Shown: piece by piece, positions 1 through 52,117 of the stretch | Layout of the letters: each line of letters begins with the position of its first letter | Position numbering within the stretch: the stretch's first letter is position 1 | Assembly (NCBI GenBank): GCA_964016885.1 | Contig: OZ024750.1 | Location: forward strand, 9,052,001-9,116,000 | Direction of reading: 5' to 3' | Source of the DNA: Eledone cirrhosa | Lineage: Eukaryota | Length of the DNA stretch: 64,000 nucleotides | Notes under the pieces: model-generated | What the model saw: only the letters and a program-made list of their open reading frames with translations | What the model was told of the DNA's origin: nothing | Database searches by the model: none | Position numbers and translations under genes: made by a program

Positions 1-1099
1 CCTCAGTCGGATGGTTGTTACAGGTAAAAAGTAAAAGAGTCTATGATTGAGAGAGAGAGCCTGTTGTGAAAGGCGTAAACTTGAAATCATGTAAACAAAA
101 AAATTAGCGACAGGTGGAATTCCGTTTCAACTAACAGGTGTTTTTTGTTTTGTTTTTGTGTGTGTTTATATCCTAAGCTATATCCATGTTCACATTTAAT
201 ATGAAGAAATATAGGCGATATTCTATTCTTTGCACAATCTTAGCTTAATAAATCAAAGTATATAGTTATAGTCGTGTAACTATATGTAAATATCACTTCT
301 GTTCGATATTTGTAGAGCTGGTTACACCGGTATTCCCCATTCTATCTTATTGTGTTTATCTCCCGTCTTCTTTTTTGTTCTGCCTCTGTTTTTATTATTT
401 CCCTATTGATTTATTCCGTTTGCAAATCACCAACACTGCATTATTTAATACACACCCTTTTACTTGTTGGATTCCTATAATGTATTTTGCGATGTTGTTA
501 AGTCAGTTTTATATAATATAATAAAACCTTCTTTAATCGAATAGGTCATGTAGCCGATAAACCTTAAAGGGACGCAACACACATCGCTATAGCGTTTCAC
601 CAGCCCTTCTATTGTCTGTATCTGTTTATGTATTTACGTGTAGATGTGTGTGTATGTAACTAAAGCGTAACGTACGTTACGAATGGACGACTAAATGATT
701 TTAACTTGTTTTTTAATAATTAATGGTGGAAAATATTTCAAATTATCTTAACAGTTGTCTTAACTCGGATCGCAACTCATGATGTCTGACACTCTTACCG
801 GCTACATAGCCTCTTCCTTCTTTAATTCTCTCAGAAATGTGTTCCAAGTCTTTCTTGGTCGTCATCTCTTACGGTTTCCTGGCATTTCTTCACCCATCAG
901 TCATCTTTTTGTGCGTAGTGAGAGACCTTTTGTTGTCAACAGTGGGAGTAGTTCTCTTAAGTATTTAGATATTTGTAAATAGATGTAATATTTATTGTTA
1001 ACAAGGAAAGCAATTCATAATATTTAACTTTTGTTATTTGTATTTTGCAGTGAAGTCTAAAACTTTGCTTCAGGAAAGTTGTGCTCAGAAGATAACACT

Positions 1100-2614
1100 A
1101 TGAGGGCAATATGTCCGTTAACACGCTGTCATATTCTTCTTTTTATCGGATTACTTGTCAACATTGTTATTTTGCTTTATCTTTTAAAAGTTCAAAATGA
1201 TTTACAATATGGACGACCCCAAGTGCAATTCAAAAATAAGATTGAAAAAGTCCAATATGCTGAATTCACAGACTCAGTAACATTAATCATTAGAGAGTTT
1301 GAAGATTTTGAAAACTATGTTGTAGCTACATTAAAGGGAATTTTAGGAATCATACCTGACTTGCAAGTCTTAATTTTTACTGATCATCAGCCATACCCAC
1401 CTCTTTTATTAAATGAAATCCCTAATGCTCGGCTTGTACTTTTACATCCAGGGGCTGAGCAATCTTGGTCTTCATCTCTGCCCCAAACATATATCAAAAC
1501 ACCTTTTTTGCTGATTATTCCAGATGCTGTCAAACTGGTTGATCCACATAGCTTATTGTCTGCTTTTAATTATCTAAAACAACATTCCTATTTGTCTTCT
1601 GTTGCCTTGGTAACTGGGCGAGACCATTCTAGTTGTCTGAATCTCCATGTAGATCTGAGACGCTGGACACTAACTTATGAAAATACTGGTTTATTCCAAG
1701 AATGTGATGCTGTGTCTGGTGAACATGCAATTTTAACACGTTCAGATAAGTTCCTAGAGTTCCCTTTTTCATTTCTACAACCAATGACAACAGGATTTTA
1801 TATCCAGGCAGCTTTAAGAGATTGGAAAAGTATTATTTTCAAAGATTCTGTATTTGTTGGAAACCCTAATTTATTTACTGACCCACACAAGAAATGGAAA
1901 CACAAAAAACAAGTAGCTGTACATCTAAAAAATCTTTACAAACAACTTCGTGTCAAAAAAGTAATTCTTCCCGGAGATGGACATGTCATGTGGTATGGTT
2001 GCACCAAAGAAACTGCCAGATGTTTCGGAACTGTCGTTAATGACATGCCAGAATATATTTACGAAGGCAAATGGACACCACCATGTTGTTTAGAAGCTGT
2101 TCGGACTACTTCAAGACATGTTTTTCAGATATTGGAAGACTGTAAAGTACGTTACTGGCTGGAAGGAGGCAGCCTGCTTGGAGCAGCTCGAAGTGGTGAT
2201 ATCATTCCATGGGATTATGATGTTGATATCGGAATTTACAAAGAAGATATTGCCAAATGTCAACCACTTGTTGAATGTGAAAAAGAAAAATTTGTTGATC
2301 CTGAAGGTTTTCTATGGGAAAAAGCTACAGAGGGAGATTTTTTCAGAGTACAGTACAGCAGTTCAAATCATATGCATGTTGATATATTTCCATTTTATTC
2401 TAGAAATTCTACAATGACAAAGGATACTTGGATACAAGGACACAGGCAAGATACAGAATTTCCTGAAAAATACCTAAATCCTTTAACAAAGGTTCCATTT
2501 GCTGGTTCAATGGCATCTGCTCCAAATAATGTTAGGGAATTCTTAGAATTTAAATTTGGAGAAGGAGTAATAGAAAATCCAAGATATCCCAATTTGAATC
2601 GAGTCATTCGTTGA
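1100..2614 (+). CDS. FKRP: Fukutin-related protein (ribitol-5-phosphate transferase, LicD family), single coding exon, about 504 aa
   Basis: ORF with an N-terminal type II membrane anchor (ILLFIGLLVNIVILLYLL), a Cys loop (CTKETARC...WTPPCC) and the LicD nucleotidyltransferase signature RYWLEGGSLLGAARSGDIIPWDYDVDIG...HVDIFPFY. A splice acceptor (ttttgcag) ends at 1050; the first ATG after it is at 1100. Confidence 0.93.
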   Translation: MRAICPLTRCHILLFIGLLVNIVILLYLLKVQNDLQYGRPQVQFKNKIEKVQYAEFTDSVTLIIREFEDFENYVVATLKGILGIIPDLQVLIFTDHQPYPPLLLNEIPNARLVLLHPGAEQSWSSSLPQTYIKTPFLLIIPDAVKLVDPHSLLSAFNYLKQHSYLSSVALVTGRDHSSCLNLHVDLRRWTLTYENTGLFQECDAVSGEHAILTRSDKFLEFPFSFLQPMTTGFYIQAALRDWKSIIFKDSVFVGNPNLFTDPHKKWKHKKQVAVHLKNLYKQLRVKKVILPGDGHVMWYGCTKETARCFGTVVNDMPEYIYEGKWTPPCCLEAVRTTSRHVFQILEDCKVRYWLEGGSLLGAARSGDIIPWDYDVDIGIYKEDIAKCQPLVECEKEKFVDPEGFLWEKATEGDFFRVQYSSSNHMHVDIFPFYSRNSTMTKDTWIQGHRQDTEFPEKYLNPLTKVPFAGSMASAPNNVREFLEFKFGEGVIENPRYPNLNRVIR

Positions 2615-3488
2615 ACACTTATAAAAACACAGATTATAAAAAGAGTAATTAAAATTATGTACATTAGTTGAGTGCTCTATGCGAAACATATCTTGACCAG
2701 CTTATAATGATGTAATTCTTTGAAAGGTATAAGCAGCATCTAATTTTCTACATTCCAAAAAATAACTATAAGTTTATGAAGTTCTTGTATTAATGTTTGC
2801 ATGCTTGTGTATGGGTGTGTCGTCTTTGGATTATAATGTTTTTGTTTGAACTGGTCACTAATCTTGTTAGAAAAAACAATTATAACCACTCCCATCATCT
2901 CATCTCATAACCACTTTGTCATCTGCAAACGCTTTGGGTTATATTGTTTGTTTCTAAACTGGTCCCCAATCTGGTTAGAAAAAAACTATTTAAGAGTATT
3001 ATGTTGTCATCTCACCTCTGCAAATGCTTATGTCAAAATTACTTAAAAGTTGTGAATATATCAAATCTCCCTTGTAAAGTGAGACTATGTAGTTTCAGGT
3101 TAATGAAACTGTCTTTCTCTAGATATAAGTCTAATTTATTATACCTAGAAATTAATTTGATTTAAAGAGATATTGTATTTATTATTTATCTTGCTAGTAA
3201 TCAAAATACATTTATAAAAACTATATCGACAGAGCTTATGTTCATGATATCTGTGTAATATGTGAGGAAAGTTATTTATTTTATTCCTGTCTATATAATT
3301 TCAATAATTAATAGACAAGGAATTTGTATTATTGTAGTTGAAACGAGTTGTGCATATTTATATTATTTTTAATTTTTTACTGATGGATTAACTTTGTAAA
3401 TATATTTTCTTCATCATGTTTTCTCAGTCAGTCATTTTGATTTACACACATTCCAAGATTGTTGTAAATTAATAGGTAGTAACATGCA

Positions 3489-3760
3489 AGCATTTATATA
3501 TATAACACCACAACAGAAATATACAGGCATTTATATATAGCGCCACAAGAGAAATATACAGGCACTTATATATAACACCACAACAGAAATATACAGGCAC
3601 TTATATATAGCGCCACAAGAGAAATATATATACACTTATATATAACACCACAACAGAAATATACAGGCATTTATATATAACACCACAACAGGAATATACA
3701 GGCACTTATATATACCACAAAAGAAATATATAGACACTTATATATAATACCACAAAAGAA
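3489..3760. repeat. About 37-bp tandem repeat, about 7 copies, downstream of FKRP
   Basis: Unit approximately cacttatatataacaccacaacagaaatatacagg. Confidence 0.85.
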
Positions 3761-5657
3761 TTATTAAATGTACTTTGAATAAAACCATGAGAAGAATAAG
3801 TAACATCACAAACATTTTTAAGTTCTCCATCAGATATATTTATATATTTTCTTTATTATTGACTGTTTGTCTTTCAGAACTTATGAGATACAAGTTCTCA
3901 TAAGTCATTGATATTCCAAAAAATAAACTTGGAGATGGAAATTTAATTGAAATGTTTTACCAACATTTCATGTTTTTAAATACAAGAAAAAAAAAACATT
4001 ATCACCAGTATTGTTTTTTAAAATATATTTCCATCTGGGTAAGTTCTTATCTATTTTCTTATGTCATGATGTTTCATGAAAATATACAATTTGATAGACA
4101 TACTTTGGAAATGATCCTTGTGGGTATCTGCTGATGTTGTGAGATATATATATTTATCTTTCACATAAATTTGAGTCAGTCAACATTTTTGTTTATTACA
4201 CTATAATGGTTTTAAGGTCATTTTATATCTATATTGAATATTTAATGCCTTAATATTAATCTCATACTCCTGAATAATGATAACATCTTTGATACATGAT
4301 TTAAAATGAGTCATTTTCAAAGGTAGTTCTTCTCTTACTCACTGTTGGTATTGTGTTATGTCAGTGTCTGCTTTTGTACCAAGTCATCTGTAACTATTTA
4401 TAGAAAGATTTTTCTTTGCTGTGTTTATTTTACAATACATTATTTCCATAAAATCACAGAATTTCACACTTTAAATATATTTATATTTTTGGGGGGAAGA
4501 AGTTTTTGTATATTAAGAATTGAACACCATATCTCCCAGATACCGTCTAGACGTTTTAACCAATCACTGGACAAATTTTATAGGAAAAAACCCAGCTGAC
4601 AAGAGACCCATAGGTAGACCCCGAGCAAGATGGTTGCATAACATCCATGAGCTCAGGCTGGTCTTCCATTGGGATCTAGCCTGATCAGTTGGAGAAAGTT
4701 GCTTCTGACAAGACCCACTGGAAGGAGTGTTTGAGGGCTCTGCCTCCATGACCTTCTCAGGAATAAATGGGTGAAAATGAAGCAGAAGTTTACGTCTACC
4801 TTCCATGTGTGTGTGTTTACTAGTTAGAGAAGAAAGGCTGGCTCTCATAGAGTCCTTTAGGTACTCCTGCGCTGATTGGGAAGTACAAATCACTGAAGGA
4901 GACTAACAAGATTAATCTTCAATTTGTTCTGTAGGTTTATGGGGGCAATTATCAACAAAGAAGTTACAGAGTGTGTGCAGTTCCTGGGTGGGAATATAGT
5001 TATTTCGTTTGTGTAGATCAAATCAATTTGATTGAACAAAATAAATTCTTCTGTCTAAATCTTCCTGCCTAGTTTTTCCTGATACCATATATATATAGAG
5101 AAAATGCCATGTCGGTTAATATGGCTCTAGATAAAGTCTATTGAGCTTTCTTATTGAGAAACACAAAATTCTAAACATATTTAGTATGTTTTGATTCATC
5201 ATTTGTATATATATATATATCATTTAATGTCTGTATAAATGATGTTTATTTATTTAATATATATGTATATTAGTTAAATAATTATATCATCATCATCATC
5301 ATCATCATCATCGTTTAACGTCCATCTTCCACGCTTGCATGGGTTTGATATATATACACACAAACACATATGTTCATTTAACAATATATGTATATAATCA
5401 TAATATATTTATTTCAGAAAACGAAAAAAGAAGTATATATGATATGTTTAGATGCATTATGGAGTTTCTTTTTTGTTTTTCTTTTGTTATTGTATGTGAT
5501 GTGATATCAATATTTGTCATTATAGTTTGTGATAGCTTTAACTGTGGTATAATGAAATTCTTCAGAATGTCTCAACTGTTCCAATTCATTTTACGTCTGC
5601 TTTTCGCTGCTTGCAAGGGTGGGGCTATCTGGTAATATGTGTCACTCAACCTTATAG

Positions 5658-5832
5658 CAGACCTGCCAACCTCTAAAAACCCAAATGGCGAGTACCACGA
5701 AAAAAACCGCCCCCAAAATGGGGAGATTTTACATAATGAAAGCTATACAAATTTTCACAAGAGAAGACATCTCTCACCCACCTCAGAGTGGTGAGAAATC
5801 TCCCCGTTGGAAAAGGAGAGTTGACAGGTCTG
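5658..5832. mobile_element. hAT-like MITE
   Basis: TIRs cagacctgccaac / gttgacaggtctg, flanked on both sides by ttatag. Confidence 0.65.
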
Positions 5833-6496
5833 TTATAGCTATTGCAGGCAACATGATATGAATGTTGAATATAACTAAAATATTTTAACAGCTATTACAT
5901 TTGTATAATGTTAAAAACATCATAAAATACATTCATTTTGTTTGTTTTGTTTATCATGTTGTTGTTGTTAAGACATCTATAGTTTGTGATATATTTAGCT
6001 CTGTAATATAGAACATTTTTTTCATGAAATATGCTGTTTCCAATTTGTCTAAATTTCTCCTTTTTTTAATGATATAAATGTTGCCAAATCTAACTATTAT
6101 TTTCAATTCTGACCATCGAATTATTGAAAAAAAGTATTAATCTGAAACTTAAACTGCAGGTATAAAAATGATGACTGTTTTAGCACATTTTTTGCTGTAG
6201 TTGTCTTTTGTATTTTTCATTGAATAAATCTGTATCATTCTCTATATTGTATATATTTTGATATTATTATATATATATATATACGTAGGTGGCGAATGGT
6301 TAGAGTTGTGATAACATCAGATAGAATGCTTTGCGGTATTCATTTTGGCCCTCTGTTCTCTGAGTTCAAATCCCACCAAGATCAGCTTTTCCTTTCATCC
6401 ATTTGAGGTCAATAAAAAAAGTACCAGTTTAATACGGGAGTTGATTCTTCCTCTATATCTGTTTCTCACTGCCATTCGCTCACTCTCTCTATGTTA

Positions 6497-44449
<37,953 letters not shown>

Positions 44450-44523
44450 TTTAAAAGAATGTATTGAGAAATTAACTCAAACAAATTTCGTGCTTGGTAT
44501 CTTCGAAAATATAGTGTATATTA

Positions 44524-44538
44524 GTTGCTATGGGTTAC
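44524..44538. promoter_or_regulatory. RFX X-box-like element (GTTGCT-ATG-GGTTAC)
   Basis: Resembles the X-box consensus GTNRCC-N0-3-RGYAAC and lies about 75 bp upstream of the DNAI1 ATG. RFX control of ciliary genes is established. Confidence 0.65.
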
Positions 44539-44842
44539 ATAAATATAATTGCGGTAGGGGAGCGAATATTGTTTACGAAGGTCGATAAAAATTATAACAT
44601 ATGTTTTTGTTCTAAGTTTATTGAGTAAAAATCACCAATTAATTAAATTGTTAGCAGTTTGAATTTTCAATATAAATATCTGCATGGAAGTATATTTTGA
44701 ATTATCGCCATAAAATCCCGTATAATAATATGACATTGCCTAATGCTGTGTGACCAATTGTCGCACTTGTTGCTGAATTGAGGGTCGTTGTTTTTTCTTT
44801 CTTTCGCTTTGATAATATATTTTGGTGCGTTGTATTAGCGAG

Positions 44843-44854
44843 GTTGCTAGCAAT
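44843..44854. promoter_or_regulatory. Second X-box-like element (GTTGCTAGCAAT)
   Basis: Near-palindromic X-box match in the bidirectional promoter interval. Confidence 0.45.
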
Positions 44855-45635
44855 AGTTAAATGTATTTATTATATATGTTTAGTATTTGTGTTTATATTT
44901 TCATTCTGAAAGAATTGTGAAGAATTTGTAATGTTATTTATACAACTGTGAATAAAATACTATATTAAGACTTCGTAATACGAGGAAAAAAAAAAAAAAT
45001 AGAGTTATACAAGAAAGAAAATTATACAAAAAAAGACTATAATACTACATATAGTCTCAATAATTATCGATCTATCGAACCTTAGAATCGAATAAGAGAC
45101 GTCTAAGTCAATGCGTAAATATTATCGAAGAAAAAGAAAATTTAAAAAAATGTTTATACAAAAATAGAGTTATCCCCCCAAAATAGTTATACAAAAAAAC
45201 AACAACAAAAACGATTGTAGTACATATAGTCTCAATAATAATCGATCTATCGAAGCTACGAGTCGAACCCGTGTATAAGGCCCCCCTGTCAATGTGTAAA
45301 TAACATTCGTCTACTGTTGTCACATGATCGCAATTCTACTTCCGGTAGCTGCATTCATCAGATTCTTAACTAGAGTTAATATATTTTGTTTACTGCTGCT
45401 AGAGTTTAATTTCCTTTTGGCCCTAAAAATGTTCTGGCAATATCTCTCTAATCGTTATTACTGTTATAATCCAACGTAATAACAAGTTGTCTTGGAATTC
45501 TTATCTTAATTTCTATTAACATTATTCTCCTCTCATTTACTACTATTATTATTTTTTATTAGTGGTATTATTTCTACCCACTCCTAGTTTGTTTTATGTC
45601 AGTTACGATCTGGATTTACAATATATACATTGCCG

Positions 45636-45710
45636 ATGGATGGTATGGAAGATAGTGGCTTTGACAGCGATCCGAAGCCGGCTACACAAACAGAACAGCT
45701 GAAAAAAATA
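45636..45710 (+). CDS. First coding exon of a divergently transcribed gene (MDGMEDSGFDSDPKPATQTEQLKKI...)
   Basis: ATG-initiated 75-nt open segment ending at a consensus donor gtaagt (45711), about 1.2 kb from the DNAI1 ATG in a CpG-retaining region. No downstream exon was identified in the window. Confidence 0.55.
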
Positions 45711-45781
45711 GTAAGTGTACTTTTATTATTGTTGTTGGGTTTTATATTTTATTTCATTGATTATAAATGATTTTTTCCCCA

Positions 45782-45815
<34 letters not shown>

Positions 45816-45885
45816 GTGTGTACACACACACATATATTTATTTATATATTTATTTATATATCAGTTAATGTGAAAATGAAAAAGG

Positions 45886-45919
<34 letters not shown>

Positions 45920-46601
45920 GTGTGTAGTTAGTTTCGTTGCGAGGGACATGTGAAGTCTTCATCAATCATGATAGTATACACTTCATGGGTTAGGGTTAGG
46001 ATTTTCTCTCTTATTGACGAAGAGATAGCCCATCCCCTCAAACATCTGATTCCTCCTGTCCCCATAATATACAAACTTACCCATACTCGTTCACCTCGCT
46101 ATTTAATTTTTCTAAGAAGTAGACCAACACCAGATTTTTTTGTTTTTTTTCAGATTCTGGTTTTTACTTGTTGCTTTAGGCTACAATTTATAACTGTAGT
46201 TCTGTAGTTATAAATTGTCATTCAACTAATATTTTTATGAAAACGACGGCCTGTTTGTGGTTACGCAGTAATATAGTACAACACAGACCACGTAGATGAA
46301 ATGTAGGGCTTGATGGAGAATGAGGGGAGACACAGATACACAGGTGAATTAAATTAGGAGTTACTGCTCCACCAGGTGTTTATTCCTATACATATATATA
46401 CACGTTTATATTTGCAACATGACCATCCCCAAATATAACTATATATATATATATATATATGTATATATTATAAAGATTCGAGACCCGACGGCTGAGCTGT
46501 TGCCGTTTCAATAGCTAGTTCCACACTCGACTATCCCGAGTATCGAGTACTCTGTTGAGTAATGGTCTAACCAGTTTCAAACTGATTCCATCCCTATTTT
46601 C

Positions 46602-46646
<45 letters not shown>

Positions 46647-46655
<9 letters not shown>

Positions 46656-46790
46656 GGCTTCTACAGGACTAGAACTGTTTCATTCGAAGGAAATCATCAT
46701 GAAACAGTTCTAGTCTCGTAGAAGCCATTTCTATATTAAATATTTATACTCTATGTACTGTGGTTACCCCTGATTGAACCCGGGATACAT
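46647..46790. mobile_element. Penelope-like inverted repeat with a truncated hammerhead core
   Basis: Arms 46647-46683 and 46699-46735. Minus strand TGATGA-t ttc cttc gaa t-GAAA-cagttctag-TC-ctgtag. Abuts (TA)n. Confidence 0.55.
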
Positions 46791-48885
46791 ACACACACAC
46801 ACATATATAGTAGTGTGTAAGAAAGAGTGTTACATTTTTATTGCTACCTGAATAAAGTTTTTCGTAACAATTGTATCATTATTGTAGAGTAGTCTTATAA
46901 CCCTAGCTAACTCTCCCTGGGTTAGTTTTATGGCCCAGGTGACCTGTGGAATTCGTATGAACACGTTTCATTTTCAGTCAGTCGAAATTTATAGTTTGGT
47001 CATTCTTTCAGTTGTGGCCATCACTGTTTATTATTTAAGATATATTCTTTTAAGATTTTAGGGTTTAAAAAAAACAGGTAGAATCGTCGACTCCACCATT
47101 TTCAAGTTGATGTGGCAGGGGGAATTCTTCGAAAGAGATTTCACTGCTGTCATACATTTGAACATGTCGAACAAGATTAAATAGGAGCTTCCTCTCCCAC
47201 TTCACTCTTACAAGTGTTTTTAGTATTGTGAAGACATCGATTAAACATATTGTGCCGTCGTTATGTTGCCACATAAGTTGTTTATTGATTACTTTAAATT
47301 AACACAGTATCCCAGATCTACAGGAATATATTTGTGTTCCACACGGCACTACAAACCAATTTATACTAATACTTTTGGACTGTTTCTACTCTTTGTCGAC
47401 GCAGATATTATCACTAATTTTCGCCGATCCTGTTTATAATAATACTAGGTTGTTGTGTTGTGACGTTCATGCCTTTCTCAAAGGTATTAATCCCGCCGAG
47501 GTTAACTTTGCCTTTCATCCTTACGGGGTCGATAAAATAAAGTACCGGTAATGCACTGGGTGATTGCTGGCCTTGTGCTAAAAGTAGAAATAATTATTAA
47601 CAATAATATTTGCTCGTAATAGTGAGGGATGGGGAGAGACGGAAGCAGTGACTGGGAGTTTGGTTCCTTTGTGTTCGGAGCTGGTGTATATATGTATGTT
47701 TCACGGATACTCACACTGAGATGGATGTATATATAAAACCTTTAGCTACACATGTAACAATGTAATAGTTTTCAACATTGTCGTAAAACATGGCCTTATA
47801 TTTCCTGAGAAATCTACAGAAACTTACTGACATCCCTAAACTGCACCTTAATAATTCTTCAGTTTCTGCTATAACTTTATTTTTCGTTCCTTGTTCCTTT
47901 AAGGATGTTACATCTACTCCTTCCACCTCTGAGCAACAACGATACCTATTTCCTTTGTTTTAATAAGGCAGCCCACACATCCATGTGTTGCTTATCATTC
48001 GTGTGAACGTTGCTCGCACTTTCTCGCGTAGGTGTCTCGCCTTAACGAGTTATTCAGTTATTCTGCTCTATTTATTATCATTTTTATGGCAACTATATTT
48101 TACAAACAAAGGTTATATATATACAATGATGGAGAATATTAAAAAAAGAATAACAAAACTATGTAATGAAAAAAAGGGTGAGGGGGTAAAGAAGGGCAAA
48201 TTTGGCTGTATTGGGAAAGTAGAGGGCAGAACTATAAATACTTTAAATGAGGAGGAAAGGAAGAAAGAGCAAGGACTATAATTACTCTCAAACATTAAAC
48301 AGGGACCCCTCATCGTTTTAACATGGATTTTTTGGAAAACTTGATTGTTTTTTAGGGAAAGGGCGAGGACTATTAGGCAAAGAAAGAGTGGGTGACGGAC
48401 TCTACACCTATGTCGGAGCAGTGTTTTGGCTGTCCTTTCTGTACCAATAGCAGTCTCCGTCCTCGCAGCCAGTTCACCTCTCTGTCAGTCCTCAAATTCA
48501 GACTTTATGATAAAACAGTGCATGTCAAATAACATTGTACCTAGATAGAGCATGTTAACAAATATGATACATATCGGTTGTCCACTCACATATCCTCGTT
48601 CTCATTTGTTTATCAACCGTGTCATGTGAGATATGGGGAATTCGCCTTTCGCCGATGATTTTGGATATTGCAATAATTGTAAATTTAAACATTTAAGGCA
48701 ACTCTAAATATCAACATGCTAAATAATGGTAAATATTTCAAAACATTTTATTAATTCAAGCGAATTTGTACATATGTTAATTTTTGTGACTTTAATATTA
48801 TTTTAAGGTATATTTTTGTCATTTATTGTTAAATTTTCAATCTTTTTGTTTTTAATGAAATAACTTTTGATGTAGATATTGGAAT

Positions 48886-48973
<88 letters not shown>

Positions 48974-50806
48974 TTCTGCGTGGGGAATTTTAGCTTAGTA
49001 TTGTCTTGTATATACATACATGTACGTGTGTATATAGCGGACAGTCGATGAAAGGCTATCATACCCCACGCATTCCTACAGGTGGCCATCTTCGCCTTGA
49101 TAATAGCAAATAGGGAGGTGGTGGGTCGGGAGGACTAAGAATAATGCCAAAGGTCTCAACCGCTGTAGGTTCAATAACAGACCTATTGGAAAAGCGGCCG
49201 GTACTTCAACAGCTTGCGAACTTTAGCTTCCGGGCTGTAGAAAATGTCACAGCATGTCGCGTCCTAAGTGTTGTAGGGTGGAGGAGAGGGAGGATCTCCC
49301 CCGAACGGAAAAATTGTGATGCCATCTGGCCTTTTGCTTTTTCTGTTTTTACGATTTTTATCATTATTATTATTAATTTGGTCGGAATTTTTTTTATTTA
49401 TTTTGAATTCGTATCTAGTGGTCAGGGAGTCCGTCTCACAATCGTTCGTGAATTCAATTCCTGGTGGCCCGCTGTGTCCTTGAGTGAGACACTATATTTC
49501 ACCCTGTTCTAGTCCATTTAGCCGGAAAAAAAAAGAACTATGCTAAGGTAACACGTGTCTAGCCATTTACACGTTAAATTCGTGAGCAAGCTAATCAAAC
49601 AACTGGAATACTCGCCAGAACTGACTGAGGTCCAACACAATGTTACAAATCATTCACCTGATACCTTTCAAACCGAATTTTTGTTTAATTTTTTTTTTGT
49701 CTTTCTCGTATAAAAAAAAAGACGTGTAACGTATTTAATTTTCAATTCAGTAATATTTAAAAAAGAAAAATAAGTGTTTATTAGTGTGACAAATATATAT
49801 CACTACTTAGGTGAGAAGTTTCATCTCTCATGTTGATATTAAATGTAGCTCAGCAGTCCTTAGAGTAGACTGATCTTGTGAATTTTACAGTCAGCAAGTG
49901 GATTCAGCTTTTGCTTTTGATCCACTTAATTCACCCCTAGTCTTTGTTAATATCCTGGTCAATGTTAAATGGAATGCAAGAATGAACCTCTCTCCCTCAG
50001 AATATCTATGTCAACTTCCCCTATCCCTGGCAGAATATTCAGTTAACTTACTAAGATAAGGATTTCAGTGATATTGCAAAATTGGGGCTTGAAAACACCT
50101 ATTCCTGATCATTATCCCAAATTCATCATTTTATCAATACATGGTCTACTGTTTGATGATTGAGTCAGCATTATCCAGCATTCAAGCATCCTTTATATAT
50201 GAAGAGCAAAAGTACTTGATCAGTTATTAATAACAAACTGCCGAAATTGAATGAAAAACTGCAGTGCAACATCTTTTGTCTCACTGCACCTCACCTCTCC
50301 TATCAAAATATGGTCTCTTGGATGATTTCAACCAAAGAATCTTCCTTTATCATTGGATTTGGACCTCTCCTTTCTACCAATACTCAACACTGAATGCATC
50401 TGTCAACAAGAAAGAAATCTGCTATGTAATTCTTTCATTACCAAATAGTTCTGATTCTAACATTGATGGTTTATATCTCAAGAATTCCTTTTATAAAAAA
50501 CATCTGGCAAACTTGCAGCTGATTTTATTTGTTCTGTCATCAAATTTATTAGTACCGCCCTCAAAGGAATTTTCTGGATCATGTAATGTCCACGTTAATG
50601 TCTATAACAAGACTGGGGTCTCAATCATTAAAACACTGAAGAAATCTCATAACAAGCCTGTTAGATTTGCACAGGTGTGAACAGTAACACAAAATCAATA
50701 TATTTATCTATGTATATAAACTAATATATAATCCTTCCTCCCCAGCACTGTATATACATCAAATGTACTATATACAACTTTGAAGTGCTTTAATTACTAG
50801 TATGTA

Positions 50807-51007
50807 CTGAAATATAGGCCAAGGAATATGTGACTCCAAAATATCAATGGTAAAATAGTGGTGTTGGCTTATATAAGGCACCTAAAAAAATGTGTTCATT
50901 AGACTGCCTTGGTTTATAAACGGGGTTTGAAATTTTACCCATTTCTCAGACATAAAATAGGTGGGGTTGGCTTATATTTAGACGGATTTATATTTGAGTA
51001 TATACAG
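50807..51007. mobile_element. Degenerate pogo/Tigger-like MITE
   Basis: TA-ctgaaatata... and ...ttatatttgagtatatacag-TA ends, with internal ggcttatat repeats. Confidence 0.45.
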
Positions 51008-52085
51008 TAAATCTATGTGGAATAAAAGCTGTATAGTGCAATTTTTTTGATGTATTGGCATGGCCCATCTAACAGAATAAGTAACTCCAAATATGAACTT
51101 TTTTTTAGAGCATGACAATTCATCTAACACATACCAATCATATACATAGAAAAAAAAAAAAGAATTAAATGCTGATTTGATACATGCAAAAATACATTTA
51201 CATAATAACCCTAAATTTGCTATATTCAGTCACTTAATTATACTATAATTAATAATTAGTTGAAATTACCTTCAGTTCTTATAGTAGTGACATTTAAGTA
51301 AGTTATTAATTGGTCCTTGGTATTGTTTTATCAAATTACTGATGCATATTGATGAAACACTAAAGTGAGTTTGAAACTTGCCATGAATTTGTGAATATGT
51401 TGTAATTTACCTTTGAATATTGTCCCTGACTTTTGCTTATACAGTTGGAATTTTAGCATAAAGTTTTTATTGTTTTTCTGGTAAATCCCTCATAGAAAAC
51501 ATCACATTCTTTACATAGTTAAAACATTATTACAAAGACTGGGTTTCCTCTTCAGACTTAATTAATAGCGGTTTTGGCAGTGCTCAACAGCTATTAACAA
51601 ATTACTTATCCCCCTCTCGCATAAGAGTACAGCTTGCATATCTGGGATGGTGCTGCACCAATCTCTCTCTCTCTCTCTCTCCCCATCCACCCCTATCTCT
51701 CCCCTCTTCCAGATAGAGAGTGAGAGAAAGGAAATGAGAAAGAGATATAGAGGAAGAATCGACCCAGTACTTGACTGGTACTTTTTTATCAACCTCGAAA
51801 GGATAAAAAGCAAAGTTGACCTCGGCAGGATTTGAACTCAGAGAGCTGGAATAAATGCTGCAAAGTATTCTATCTGCCATTCTAACAACTCTGACAATTT
51901 ACTGCCTATTCCTACTTTTAATAGGACATTGAATAAAACATAATTTTATTTTTTATTAAAGAACACCCAGTTGGTGTTAGGTGTGAAAAATAATCTGTGC
52001 TAAGTAGTTATGGAAATGTCAGCTTAGGAAAAAAAAATCTCTCTCTCTATGTATGTATGTATGTATGTATGTATGTATATATGTG

Positions 52086-52117
<32 letters not shown>

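Noticed and set aside
1079-1099. TTG start given by the ORF track for FKRP
   Set aside because: Eukaryotic gene; the first ATG after the acceptor is at 1100 and directly precedes the membrane anchor.
2669-2679. GAGTGCTCT motif in the FKRP 3' UTR (also at 41594)
   Set aside because: No adjacent hammerhead element. The 2669 site also has no upstream ACTC partner, so both are likely chance matches.
45987-46000. Telomere-like gggttagggttagg
   Set aside because: Only about two units; compatible with chance.
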